NCBI GenBank assembly: GCA_964406665.1
Contig: CAYOSQ010000003.1
Coordinates: forward strand, 1-36,640
Source of the DNA: an uncultured Planctomycetia bacterium
GTDB taxonomy: Bacteria > Omnitrophota > Gorgyraeia > VGKH01 > JBHPFN01
Direction: 5' to 3'
Length of the DNA stretch: 36,640 bases
Both the position numbers and the translations under genes were made by a program. Of this stretch, positions 18,591-27,803 are shown piece by piece. Position 1 is the first letter of the stretch. Every line of letters begins with the position of its first letter. The notes below the pieces were generated by a model, which worked only from the letters and a program-made list of their open reading frames with translations, was not told the DNA's origin and made no database searches.

Positions 18591-20123
18591 ATGGATAAAA
18601 TAATTGTTTTTGATACCACGTTAAGAGACGGAGAACAGGCTCCTGGAGCAAGCCTGAATCATCAGGAAAAGCTAGAGATTGCTCAAAGTCTGGTTAATCT
18701 AGGTGTTGATGTTATTGAAGCAGGATTCCCGATTTCATCCAAGGGAGACTTTAATTCTGTAAAGGCAATTTCTTCTAAGGTAAAAGGAGCCTCTATTTGT
18801 GGTTTAGCTAGGGCAGTTAAAAAAGATATTGATTGTGCACGAGAGGCTTTAAAATTTGCCAAGCATCCACGTCTACATGTATTTTTAGCAACATCAAAGA
18901 TACATATGCAACATAAGCTTAAGAAAGCAGAAGATGAGATAATTCGCATAACCAAAGAAATGATTAAATATGCCAGAAAATATGTTAAGGATGTTGAGTT
19001 TTCTCCTGAGGATGCTTCTCGAACAGAGAAGAATTTTCTTTTCAGAGTAGTGGAGACGGCAATTAAGGCAGGTGCTACCACTATAAATATTCCTGATACT
19101 GTAGGCTATACAGAACCTCAAGAGTTTGGTAACTTAATCTATGATGTGATGAATAGTGTTCCTAGTATCAACAAGGCGATTATTTCTGTGCATTGCCACA
19201 ATGATTTAGGCCTAGCTGTTGCCAACTCGCTTTCTGCAATTCAAAATGGAGCAAGGCAGGTCGAATGTACCATAAACGGTATTGGTGAGCGTGCCGGTAA
19301 TGCATCTATGGAAGAAATAGTTATGGCGATAAAAACGCGTAAAGATATATTCAGTGACGTCACGACCTCAATAAATACAAAAGAGATCTGCAAGACCAGC
19401 CGTTTAGTAAGTAAGTTGACAGGTTTTGTTGTTGCTCCCAATAAGGCAATCGTCGGTGGAAATGCCTTTAGACATGAATCCGGAATCCATCAGGATGGCG
19501 TGTTGAAGAAGAGGTCTACCTATGAAATAATGAAACCATCTGATGTCGGATACGGCGGCATAGGTTTAGTTTTGGGTAAGCATTCCGGGCGTCACGCTTT
19601 TAAAGAAAGGCTGAAGTCCTTAGGTTTTAAGCTGAAGGAATCCGAGATAGAAAAATCCTTTAAGCGTTTTAAACTTTTAGCCGATAAGAAAAAAACAGTT
19701 TACGATGAAGACCTAATTTCAATAGTTGAAGATGAATTCAAGAGGATTCCCAAAGTATGGCAGCTGTCATCTCTTTTAATGACAAGCGGAACTAATATTG
19801 CTCCTTCAGCTACTGTTAAGTTGAAATATAAAGGTAAATTTATGGTGAGTTCTTCTTCCGGAGATGGTCCAGTAGATGCTTGCTATAAAGCAATTGATAA
19901 GATAACTAAAATCAAAGGTGAACTTTTAGATTATTCTATTCAGTCTGTTACTCGTGGTAAAGATGCTCTAGGAGAAGTAAGCATTAGAATCAAAGCTAAA
20001 AATAAAGCTGTGATGGGTCGCGGGGCAAGCACTGATATTATCGAAGCTTCGGCCAAGGCTTATGTTAATGCAATTAACAGGCTTGTTTCAAAAACCTCAA
20101 ACCAAAAATTATCAGGTCTTTAA
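18591..20123 (+). CDS. leuA: 2-isopropylmalate synthase
   Basis: 510 aa; DTTLRDGEQAPG, EFSPED, PDTVG, HCHNDLGLA, GIGERAGN, HESGIHQDG and LGKHSG, plus C-terminal regulatory domain (GDGPVDA). Confidence 0.95.
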   Translation: MDKIIVFDTTLRDGEQAPGASLNHQEKLEIAQSLVNLGVDVIEAGFPISSKGDFNSVKAISSKVKGASICGLARAVKKDIDCAREALKFAKHPRLHVFLATSKIHMQHKLKKAEDEIIRITKEMIKYARKYVKDVEFSPEDASRTEKNFLFRVVETAIKAGATTINIPDTVGYTEPQEFGNLIYDVMNSVPSINKAIISVHCHNDLGLAVANSLSAIQNGARQVECTINGIGERAGNASMEEIVMAIKTRKDIFSDVTTSINTKEICKTSRLVSKLTGFVVAPNKAIVGGNAFRHESGIHQDGVLKKRSTYEIMKPSDVGYGGIGLVLGKHSGRHAFKERLKSLGFKLKESEIEKSFKRFKLLADKKKTVYDEDLISIVEDEFKRIPKVWQLSSLLMTSGTNIAPSATVKLKYKGKFMVSSSSGDGPVDACYKAIDKITKIKGELLDYSIQSVTRGKDALGEVSIRIKAKNKAVMGRGASTDIIEASAKAYVNAINRLVSKTSNQKLSGL

Positions 20124-20126
20124 GCT

Positions 20127-20975
20127 ATGGCAAAAGACACAAAAAAAATTTTCGGATTAATAGGTTGTCCGCTAGGTCATAGTCTTTCTCCGAAAATGCA
20201 CAATGCAGCTTTTGAAACTTTGGGCATGGACGCTGAGTATAAGCTGTTTGAATTAAAGCCAGATGAGCTTGAAGATTTTCTACAAAAACTCCCCAATAAC
20301 AATATTCGTGGTTTTAACGTAACCGTTCCCTACAAAGAAGAGATGCTTAAACATTTAAGCTGGAAATCGGTAGAGGTTGAAGCTATCGGTGCGGTAAACA
20401 CCGTTAGGGTTCTTAAGGGTAATTATTTAAAAGGATACAATACTGACGGAAGAGGCTTTTTTACACATCTTAAGTCGGATTTAATGTTTAATCCAGTTAA
20501 TAGAAATATTGCTGTATTGGGGGCAGGAGGTGGTGCTAAGGCAGTATGCACAACACTCGCACAAAAAGAAGTCAGACAGATTCTCATTTTCGATTTGGAT
20601 GTTGATAAAGCTTGTGAATTTGCTGAAAAACTGCAGAAATTATTTCCTAAATCAATAATTAAAGCGGTTGATGATGTGAAAAAACTTGATATTAAAAAAA
20701 GCAATCTTTTGATTAACGCAACTCCTGTTGGCTTGAAAGAAGATGATCCTTGTATAGTTGACCCTGAAGAGTTGCATACTAACATTTTGGTGTATGATTT
20801 GATTTATAATCCTGTTGAGACAACTTTATTAAGGAAGGCAAAATCAAAAGGGGCTAAGATATCAAACGGTTTAGGTATGCTTTTTTATCAGGGTACTGCC
20901 ACTTTAGAGAGATTCACTGATTTAAAATTATCAAATGACGTAAGAAATGCTATGTGGAGGAGTTTGTTTACTTAA
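20127..20975 (+). CDS. aroE: Shikimate dehydrogenase
   Basis: 282 aa; HSLSP-MHN, NVTVPYK, GAVNT, NTDG, GAGG, INATPVG, DLIYNP and GLGMLFYQG. Confidence 0.94.
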   Translation: MAKDTKKIFGLIGCPLGHSLSPKMHNAAFETLGMDAEYKLFELKPDELEDFLQKLPNNNIRGFNVTVPYKEEMLKHLSWKSVEVEAIGAVNTVRVLKGNYLKGYNTDGRGFFTHLKSDLMFNPVNRNIAVLGAGGGAKAVCTTLAQKEVRQILIFDLDVDKACEFAEKLQKLFPKSIIKAVDDVKKLDIKKSNLLINATPVGLKEDDPCIVDPEELHTNILVYDLIYNPVETTLLRKAKSKGAKISNGLGMLFYQGTATLERFTDLKLSNDVRNAMWRSLFT

Positions 20976-20978
20976 GCT

Positions 20979-22037
20979 ATGGAAATTATTATTAAGTTTG
21001 CTATTTTCGTTTTCGGTTTGATGATCGGTAGTTTTTTGAATGTTTGCATATTTAGATTGCCGCACGACGATATGTCTGTGAGAAGGCCATCACGTTCATT
21101 TTGTCCTGAATGTAAAGAAATGATCCCTTGGTATGATAATATTCCAATACTAAGTTTTCTGTTATTGAAAGGAAAATGCCGTTTTTGCAGTAAAAAAATA
21201 TCTATTTTGTATCCCATCGTCGAACTTTTGACAGCTGTTATGTTTGTTTTATTTCTGAATGTATTTGGGTTATCAGTAAAGATGTGGGCTTTACTTTTGT
21301 TAGGAAGTGGACTTATTATTGCAAGTTTTGTCGATATAAGACATAGGATTATACCTGACGAAATAAGTGTCGGAGGAATTATTATAGGGATTATTTTAGG
21401 AGGTTTTTCTATAGCTCAGCCGAACAATCTAAAAAATCTTCCTAGCATATGTGTTTCTTTAATTGGTGCTTTAGTTGTTGCGGGGATTGTTTGTATAGTT
21501 AGGATTATGATTCCTTGCCTGCAGCAGCTTTTTTCAAAAAATCCTCAAAAAAGGAATCTTGAGGAAGAAGCGCAGCAGGAAGATGTGGATTTAAAAAGCA
21601 GCTTAGGTGAATTGTTATTGTTGGTGCCATCGCTGATAATAGGTTGGTATTTTTTCCGTTTGGCTCTGCCATTTCTAGACTCTGCTAATTTTAGGTTGGT
21701 GGGTATGGCAAACGCTTTGATAGGTGCATCTGTGGGTGCAGCTATAATCTATGTTACAGCTGTTATTGGTGATATAATATTCCGTAAAGAATCAATGGGC
21801 GGTGGAGATATTAAGCTTTTGGCTGCAATCGGTGCCTTTTTAGGGTGGCAGCAAGTAGTGTTGACATTTGTTATAGCTCCGTTTTTCGGTGCAGTTGTAG
21901 GCATAATTGTTAAGATCGTCAAAAAAACCAGTTTAATACCTTACGGGCCATTTCTTTCAATGGCAGCGATTATGGTTTTGTTTGAATATGATTTTATTCT
22001 GAAGTTGTGGAATCGTTGGCTTTCGTACAGTTTTTAA
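20979..22037 (+). CDS. pilD: Prepilin peptidase / N-methyltransferase (A24A)
   Basis: 352 aa; GSFLNVCI-RLP, CPEC...CRFC zinc pair, D-RHRIIPD, MGGGDIKL and PYGPFL; multiple TM helices. Confidence 0.93.
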   Translation: MEIIIKFAIFVFGLMIGSFLNVCIFRLPHDDMSVRRPSRSFCPECKEMIPWYDNIPILSFLLLKGKCRFCSKKISILYPIVELLTAVMFVLFLNVFGLSVKMWALLLLGSGLIIASFVDIRHRIIPDEISVGGIIIGIILGGFSIAQPNNLKNLPSICVSLIGALVVAGIVCIVRIMIPCLQQLFSKNPQKRNLEEEAQQEDVDLKSSLGELLLLVPSLIIGWYFFRLALPFLDSANFRLVGMANALIGASVGAAIIYVTAVIGDIIFRKESMGGGDIKLLAAIGAFLGWQQVVLTFVIAPFFGAVVGIIVKIVKKTSLIPYGPFLSMAAIMVLFEYDFILKLWNRWLSYSF

Positions 22038-22051
22038 CCGGAGGAAAGTAA

Positions 22052-23092
22052 ATGTTGAGATACTTATCAGCAGGAGAATCACACGGAAAATGCTTAGTGG
22101 CGATTGTTGAGGGAATGCCTGCAGGCGTTAAGGTTGATCGGTCTGCAATAAATAAAGAGTTAAGCCGTCGTCAGCAAGGCTATGGCAGGGGTAAGCGTAT
22201 GCTTATTGAGAAAGATAAGGTGGAGATATTAACCGGCGTACGTAAGAACGTTACCTTGGGCAGTCCCATTACTCTAAAAATTGATAACCGTGATTATAAA
22301 ATAGAGAAGAATTTACCAATTATTGTCTCACCGCGTCCAGCTCATGCTGATTTAGCTGGATACCTAAAGTATGGCTTTAAGGATATCCGTAATGTTTTGG
22401 AAAGAGCTTCGGCAAGAGAGACTGCGATAAGAGTTGCAGTTGGAGCTTTAACTAAATTATTCTTGAAAGAGTTCAAAGTTAATGTATCAAGCAAGGTTAT
22501 AACTGTCGGCGGAGAAACTAAGCCTAAATCAATTAAGGCTGTTATCGACGAGGCAAAGAACGGAAAGGATACCATCGGAGGAATTTTTGAACTTACTGCA
22601 AAGAACGTACCGGTTGGTTTAGGCAGTCATGTTCACTATGACCGCAGATTAGATGCTCGTATCGCAATGAACCTTATGTCAATCCCTGGGGTAAAGGCAG
22701 TTGAGTTTGGTTTAGGATTTGGATATGCTTTAGGTTTTGGCTCCCAGGTTCATGATTCCATATATTATTCAAAGCAACGTGGATTTTCACGAAGTACAAA
22801 TAATGCCGGTGGCATTGAAGGTGGAATCACAAATGGTGAACCAATAACAGTTAGTTGTTGCATGAAGCCTATAGCAACTTTAGTTAATCCATTAGATTCT
22901 GTAAAAGTTACCACAAAGAAAGCTGCTAAAGCTAATGTGCAGCGCTCCGATACTTGTGTTGTTGAGGCTGCAGGAGTGGTAGGGGAGTCTATGGTTGCTT
23001 TTGAACTAGCAGCTGCAATGCTGGAGAAGTTTGGGGGAGATAGTATAAAAGAAACCAAGAGAAATCTAAGGGGATATTTAGAGAATCTCTAA
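22052..23092 (+). CDS. aroC: Chorismate synthase
   Basis: 346 aa; AGESHG, RRQQGYGRG, RPAHAD, ERASARET, NAGGIEGGI, MKPIAT and RSD; GGAGG RBS. Confidence 0.95.
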   Translation: MLRYLSAGESHGKCLVAIVEGMPAGVKVDRSAINKELSRRQQGYGRGKRMLIEKDKVEILTGVRKNVTLGSPITLKIDNRDYKIEKNLPIIVSPRPAHADLAGYLKYGFKDIRNVLERASARETAIRVAVGALTKLFLKEFKVNVSSKVITVGGETKPKSIKAVIDEAKNGKDTIGGIFELTAKNVPVGLGSHVHYDRRLDARIAMNLMSIPGVKAVEFGLGFGYALGFGSQVHDSIYYSKQRGFSRSTNNAGGIEGGITNGEPITVSCCMKPIATLVNPLDSVKVTTKKAAKANVQRSDTCVVEAAGVVGESMVAFELAAAMLEKFGGDSIKETKRNLRGYLENL

Positions 23093-23111
23093 TTAGAAAT
23101 CCTTGTTTTAA

Positions 23112-23156
23112 AGCCCGGTCAAAACTTGAAATTATTTGACTGGGCTGTTTGTCTTT
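23112..23156 (+). terminator. Putative intrinsic terminator after aroC
   Basis: 12-bp stem AGCCCGGTCAAA(23112-23123)/TTTGACTGGGCT(23135-23146) with one G-U pair and an 11-nt loop, followed by an imperfect U-tract GTTTGTCTTT. Confidence 0.6.
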
Positions 23157-23200
23157 AGGCTAAGGCTGATTTTTGGCAAAAACGAGCAATTCTTAACAGT

Positions 23201-23229
23201 TTGACAGCACAATACTAATGTGATAGAAT
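23201..23229 (+). promoter_or_regulatory. Sigma70-type promoter upstream of aroK
   Basis: Perfect TTGACA (23201-23206), 17-bp spacer, TAGAAT (23224-23229) preceded by TGn (extended -10), in the only large intergenic gap between CDSs. Confidence 0.82.
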
Positions 23230-23273
23230 TCTCCTACGTTAAAAACTCGTTGATTTAGTTAAACTTATAAGAA

Positions 23274-23780
23274 ATGAAGGGAAATATTGCTTTAGTAGGT
23301 TTTATGGGTTCTGGCAAGACAGTTGTCGCAAAGGCTTTGGCTAAAGAGCTAGGGCTTCAGTCTGTTGATTTAGATGACATTATTGAGCAGCGTGAGGGAA
23401 GAAAAATCACTGATATCTTTGCTCAAGATGGCGAGCCGTATTTTCGTAAAGTTGAAAAAGAGATAGTTGGCGATATTTCTAAAGGTTCTAAACTGGTTAT
23501 TGCTTGTGGTGGAGGTGTGGTTTTAGACAGTGAGAACATGGCTAATCTTAAGAGTTCTTGTACAGTCGTTTATTTAAAGACGAATGCTGATGTTATTTTA
23601 AAGAGAACAAAGGATGAAGCACATAGACCACTGCTTAATGTAGATAATCCGAAAAAAAAGATAGAGGAGTTTTTAGATTCTAGGAGTGAATATTACGAAC
23701 AGGCTGATTTCACTGTTGATGTTTCAGATTTAAGCATAGAGCAGGTAGTAGATAAGATTAAAGAAATAGCTAGTGAATAA
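23274..23780 (+). CDS. aroK: Shikimate kinase
   Basis: 168 aa; GFMGSGKT P-loop, DLD, GEPYFR-VE, CGGG and RPLL. Confidence 0.95.
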   Translation: MKGNIALVGFMGSGKTVVAKALAKELGLQSVDLDDIIEQREGRKITDIFAQDGEPYFRKVEKEIVGDISKGSKLVIACGGGVVLDSENMANLKSSCTVVYLKTNADVILKRTKDEAHRPLLNVDNPKKKIEEFLDSRSEYYEQADFTVDVSDLSIEQVVDKIKEIASE

Positions 23781-23804
23781 GATTTCTAGCTTGGATAAAT
23801 TATA

Positions 23805-24929
23805 ATGACAGAACAAGAAGCTCTGATTATTTTAAATGCTGTTCCTGAGATTGGAAGTATTAGATTAAAACGACTTAAGGATAGCTTTGGCTCTGCACGA
23901 AAGATACTATCTTCTTCAGTAGATAGCTTAAGGAAGGTAAGCGGTATAAGCGCAAGAATAGCTAATAACATAAAGAAACATTCTGATTTTATAGATTTGA
24001 GGAAAGAGTTTTCTTTAATCAAAAAACAGGCGATTAGAATTTTAACTATAAGCGACAAAGAGTATCCGGATAATCTAAAAAATATTTTTGATCCACCACT
24101 ACTTTTGTATGTAAAAGGAGAAATAAAAAAAGAAGACAATGCAGCTGTTGCAATAGTGGGTTCAAGACGCTCGTCAATTTATGGTTTATCTATGGCACAT
24201 AAGCTATCGCAACAGTTGGCTGATATAGGAGTAACTGTTGTATCTGGTATGGCACGGGGAATTGATTCTTCAGTGCACCGAGGTTGCTTAAAATCTAGAG
24301 GTCGCACTATTGCAGTATTGGGAAGTGGATTAGGTTGTATTTATCCTCCTGAAAACAAGGATTTATTTAATCAGATAACCGAATCCGGAGCAGTGGTTTC
24401 TGAATTCTCTTTTGCTACTAAACCTTATTCGTATAATTTTCCCCGTAGAAATCGTATCATAAGCGGTCTTTCTTTGGGGGTTTTGGTAGTTGAGGCTGCA
24501 AGAAATAGTGGTGCTCTAATTACTGCTGATTTTGCGCTTGAACAAGGAAGAGAAGTATTTGCTCTACCCGGTAAGGCAGACTCTGCAACGTCTTATGGAA
24601 CAAACAGGCTGATTAAACAGGGCGCTAAATTGGTTTGTAGTATCGAGGATATACTAGAAGAGATAAGCCAACAAATACAACATAATCTAAAAAAACAAGA
24701 AACAACGTTTCCAGAAAGTGCTTTTGATAATAAAATGTACGATAAAGATTTAAAAGAAGAACAAAGAAAGCTGTACAACATTTTATCAGAAAATCCTAAG
24801 CACATTGATACAATAGCTAGTGAAGCAAATGTCAACATAGGAGCTGCTGCATCGATATTGATGCAGCTAGAGCTGAAACATTTAATTAAACAAATTCCAG
24901 GGAAACTATTTATTAAAAAAAATGTCTAA
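23805..24929 (+). CDS. dprA: DNA-processing protein DprA (Smf)
   Basis: 374 aa; YPDNL-I-DPP-LYVKG, AIVGSR, VSGMARGID, FPRRNRIISGLS, SGALITA, GREVFALPG and GTNRLIKQGA, plus C-terminal winged helix. Confidence 0.95.
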   Translation: MTEQEALIILNAVPEIGSIRLKRLKDSFGSARKILSSSVDSLRKVSGISARIANNIKKHSDFIDLRKEFSLIKKQAIRILTISDKEYPDNLKNIFDPPLLLYVKGEIKKEDNAAVAIVGSRRSSIYGLSMAHKLSQQLADIGVTVVSGMARGIDSSVHRGCLKSRGRTIAVLGSGLGCIYPPENKDLFNQITESGAVVSEFSFATKPYSYNFPRRNRIISGLSLGVLVVEAARNSGALITADFALEQGREVFALPGKADSATSYGTNRLIKQGAKLVCSIEDILEEISQQIQHNLKKQETTFPESAFDNKMYDKDLKEEQRKLYNILSENPKHIDTIASEANVNIGAAASILMQLELKHLIKQIPGKLFIKKNV

Positions 24930-26922
24930 ATCATTAATAATCGTAGAGTCACCAGCAAAAGCAAGAACAATAGGTAAGATTTTGAAAAAAGGATATGTTG
25001 TTGAGTCTTCAATGGGTCATATCGTTGATTTACCGGCAACTAAGATGGGCGTTGACTTAGAAAATAATTATGAACCATCATATAAAGTTATAAAAGGAAG
25101 AAAGAAAATCTTAGACGTTCTCAAAAAAGGAGCGAAAAAGAAAGATAAGATTTATCTGGCAACAGACCCTGATAGAGAGGGTGAAGCAATCGCCTGGCAC
25201 ATAATGAATAAAATCGGAGTTGATAAAGAATTCTTGCGTGTTGAGTTTCATGAGATAACTGAACAGGCGGTAAAAGAGGCTTTTTCTCATCCTAAAGAGA
25301 TTGACTTAAGAAAAGTTGAGGCTCAGATTGCAAGAAGAATATTGGACAGAATCGTGGGCTATCAATTAAGTCCTTTGCTTTGGAAGAAGGTAGGTTCTGG
25401 CCTAAGCGCTGGAAGAGTTCAATCTGTTGCCTTGCGTTTAATTGTAGAGCGAGAACGAGAAATAAAAGCTTTTAAGCCAAAAGAATATTGGCAGATAGAG
25501 GTTGAGTTAAAAAAGAAGGAAGTCAGGGAAGGTCAAGTTGATTCATTTCGTGCAAGATTAGATAAGAAAGATAATGAGAAAATTGAAATTCTCAAGAAGG
25601 AAGATGCTGACTTAATTAAAAAAGAACTCAAGCAATCCACATTTACTGTTGATGATGTTAAAAAATCTGATAAAAAGAGAAGACCGTCAGCACCTTTTAT
25701 CACCAGCACTCTTCAACAGGATTCTTTTAATAAGCTTAGATTTACCGCTAATAGAACGATGAGAACTGCTCAGCAACTGTATGAAGGTATAGAATTGGGA
25801 GAGCAAGGCCCTGTTGGATTGATTACTTATATGAGAACTGATTCTGCTAGGGTATCTGATGTTGCCCTTAAGGAGGTTAGAAATTATATCGCTGATAGTT
25901 TTGGAGAAGAGTATCTTCCTAGCAAACCTAATACTTATAAAGTAAAGAAATCTGCACAAGGTGCCCATGAAGCTATTAGACCGACGAGTTTAAAAAATAA
26001 TCCGGAAAAGATCCAAAAGTATTTAACCCCTGAACAGTTAAAGCTATACGAATTAATCTGGAGAAGATTTGTAGCTAGTCAGATGAATGCCGCCATTTTC
26101 GAAGTTACTTCTGCTAAAATAAAATCGGGAAATTATTTGCTTTCTGCAAGCGGCTCGCAAATTAAATTTGACGGTTTTCTTAAAATTTATCTGGAAGATA
26201 ATCAAGATAGTGCTTATTCAGGATTGCCACACTTAAGCAAAAATGAGATTTTAGATTTAGTAAAAATCCACGAAAGCCAGCATTTTACTAAACCGCCTGC
26301 ACGTTTTTCCGAAGCTACTTTGGTAAAAGTACTTGAAGATAAAGGCATAGGTAGACCCAGCACTTACGCCTCAATTATTCAAACTATAGTTATGAGAAAT
26401 TATGTGCACCGAGATAAAGGTTATTTTCATACAACAGAGCTGGCTTTTATCATCAACGATATTTTGGTTGAATATTTTCCTAATGTAATGAATATAGAAT
26501 TTACCGCCAATATGGAAGAGGAGCTGGATTTGGTGGAAGAAGGAAAGCTTACCAGAGTAAAAGTATTGGATGATTTCTATCTTCCATTTAAAGGTCTTGT
26601 TGAATATGCCCAAGAAAATATTCAAAAGACACAGATTTTGGTTGATGAGCATTGTCCTGAATGCGGAAGTCAGCTTTCAGTTAAGTGGGGCAGGAAGGGA
26701 AGATTCTTAAGTTGCTCTAAATTCCCGGATTGTAGATATTCGCAGGCCTATGCTATAGGTATTAAGTGTCCTGAGAAAGATTGTGGAGGAGATGTTGTAG
26801 AAAGGCGTTCTCGTGGAGGAAAATTATTTTATGGTTGTAATAATTTTCCTAATTGTACATTTACTTCATCCAAAAAGCCAAGCGCAACTCAGGAAGAAAA
26901 CCCTGAGCAGACCGATAGCTAA
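24922..26922 (+). CDS. topA: DNA topoisomerase I
   Basis: 666 aa; IVESPAKA, ATDPDREGEAI, SAGRVQS, ITYMRTDS (catalytic Tyr), AHEAIRPT and GIGRPSTY; two C4 zinc ribbons. Confidence 0.97.
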   Translation: MSKSLIIVESPAKARTIGKILKKGYVVESSMGHIVDLPATKMGVDLENNYEPSYKVIKGRKKILDVLKKGAKKKDKIYLATDPDREGEAIAWHIMNKIGVDKEFLRVEFHEITEQAVKEAFSHPKEIDLRKVEAQIARRILDRIVGYQLSPLLWKKVGSGLSAGRVQSVALRLIVEREREIKAFKPKEYWQIEVELKKKEVREGQVDSFRARLDKKDNEKIEILKKEDADLIKKELKQSTFTVDDVKKSDKKRRPSAPFITSTLQQDSFNKLRFTANRTMRTAQQLYEGIELGEQGPVGLITYMRTDSARVSDVALKEVRNYIADSFGEEYLPSKPNTYKVKKSAQGAHEAIRPTSLKNNPEKIQKYLTPEQLKLYELIWRRFVASQMNAAIFEVTSAKIKSGNYLLSASGSQIKFDGFLKIYLEDNQDSAYSGLPHLSKNEILDLVKIHESQHFTKPPARFSEATLVKVLEDKGIGRPSTYASIIQTIVMRNYVHRDKGYFHTTELAFIINDILVEYFPNVMNIEFTANMEEELDLVEEGKLTRVKVLDDFYLPFKGLVEYAQENIQKTQILVDEHCPECGSQLSVKWGRKGRFLSCSKFPDCRYSQAYAIGIKCPEKDCGGDVVERRSRGGKLFYGCNNFPNCTFTSSKKPSATQEENPEQTDS

Positions 26923-27782
26923 TGAAACGGCACATAGATAAATTTGTTTCTTATCTAGAGATTGAGAAAAACGCATCTAATCATACAATCTTAAATTATT
27001 CGAAAGATTTAAGAGAATTTTCTGATTTCTTAGTGGATGTTCCGGTTGAAAAAGTCAATTATCTTTCTTTGAGGAAATTTCTTGCACACTTAAAATCCAA
27101 GAATTTACGGCCTCGCACTTTAGCAAGAAAGATATCGACGTTAAGAACTTTTTATAGATTTTTATCTAGAGAAGGACATGTTAAATCAAACCCAACACTT
27201 TTACTTTCAACCCCTAAACTTGATAAGCATCTTCCCAATTTCTTAACTGAAGATGAAATGACTAAATTACTTGAGGCTCCGGATCGGAGAGAGAGGTTTG
27301 GCTCTAGAGACAGTGCAATTTTAGAAACGTTTTATAGTACTGGTATGAGAATTGCAGAGTTGGTTAGTTTAAATGTTGAGGACGTAGATTTTATTTCTGG
27401 TCTTGTTAAGGTACGTGGAAAAGGTAAAAAAGAGCGTCTTGTTCCCATCGGCGAAAGGGCGATATCTTCTTTAAGAAAATATGCTCAACAGAAGAAAAAA
27501 CAGACAAGGGAACTATTTTTGAATAAAAACGGAACAAGATTAACCGATAGAGGAGTAAGGAATATTCTTAATAAATATATTAGAAAAACCAGCACCAAAG
27601 AACATGTATCGCCTCATACTATTAGGCATTCTTTTGCAACGCATCTGTTAAATCGTGGTGCTGATTTGCGTTCAGTACAAGAGCTTCTCGGACACGCCAA
27701 TCTTTCTTCTACCCAGATTTATACTCATTTGTCTACAGAGAGGCTTAAGGCAGTTTATGACAAGGCTCATCCTCGCGCATAG
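26922..27782 (+). CDS. xerC: Tyrosine recombinase XerC (XerC/XerD family)
   Basis: 286 aa; TGMRIAEL, GKGKKER, HTIRHSFATHLL, LLGH and TQIY catalytic set; dprA-topA-xerC synteny. Confidence 0.88.
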   Translation: MKRHIDKFVSYLEIEKNASNHTILNYSKDLREFSDFLVDVPVEKVNYLSLRKFLAHLKSKNLRPRTLARKISTLRTFYRFLSREGHVKSNPTLLLSTPKLDKHLPNFLTEDEMTKLLEAPDRRERFGSRDSAILETFYSTGMRIAELVSLNVEDVDFISGLVKVRGKGKKERLVPIGERAISSLRKYAQQKKKQTRELFLNKNGTRLTDRGVRNILNKYIRKTSTKEHVSPHTIRHSFATHLLNRGADLRSVQELLGHANLSSTQIYTHLSTERLKAVYDKAHPRA

Positions 27783-27803
27783 AAGGATATCGTATTTTAA
27801 ATT

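Noticed and set aside
23181-23251. Loose inverted repeat AACGAG..TTAAC / GTTAA..CTCGTT flanking the aroK promoter
   Set aside because: The arms are short, internally unequal and far apart; it cannot be supported as an operator without comparative data.
26922-27782. Tyrosine recombinase as the integrase of a mobile element, or a nearby dif site
   Set aside because: Size, motifs and dprA-topA-xerC synteny indicate housekeeping XerC. I saw no att repeats, cargo genes or full dif-like site by eye.
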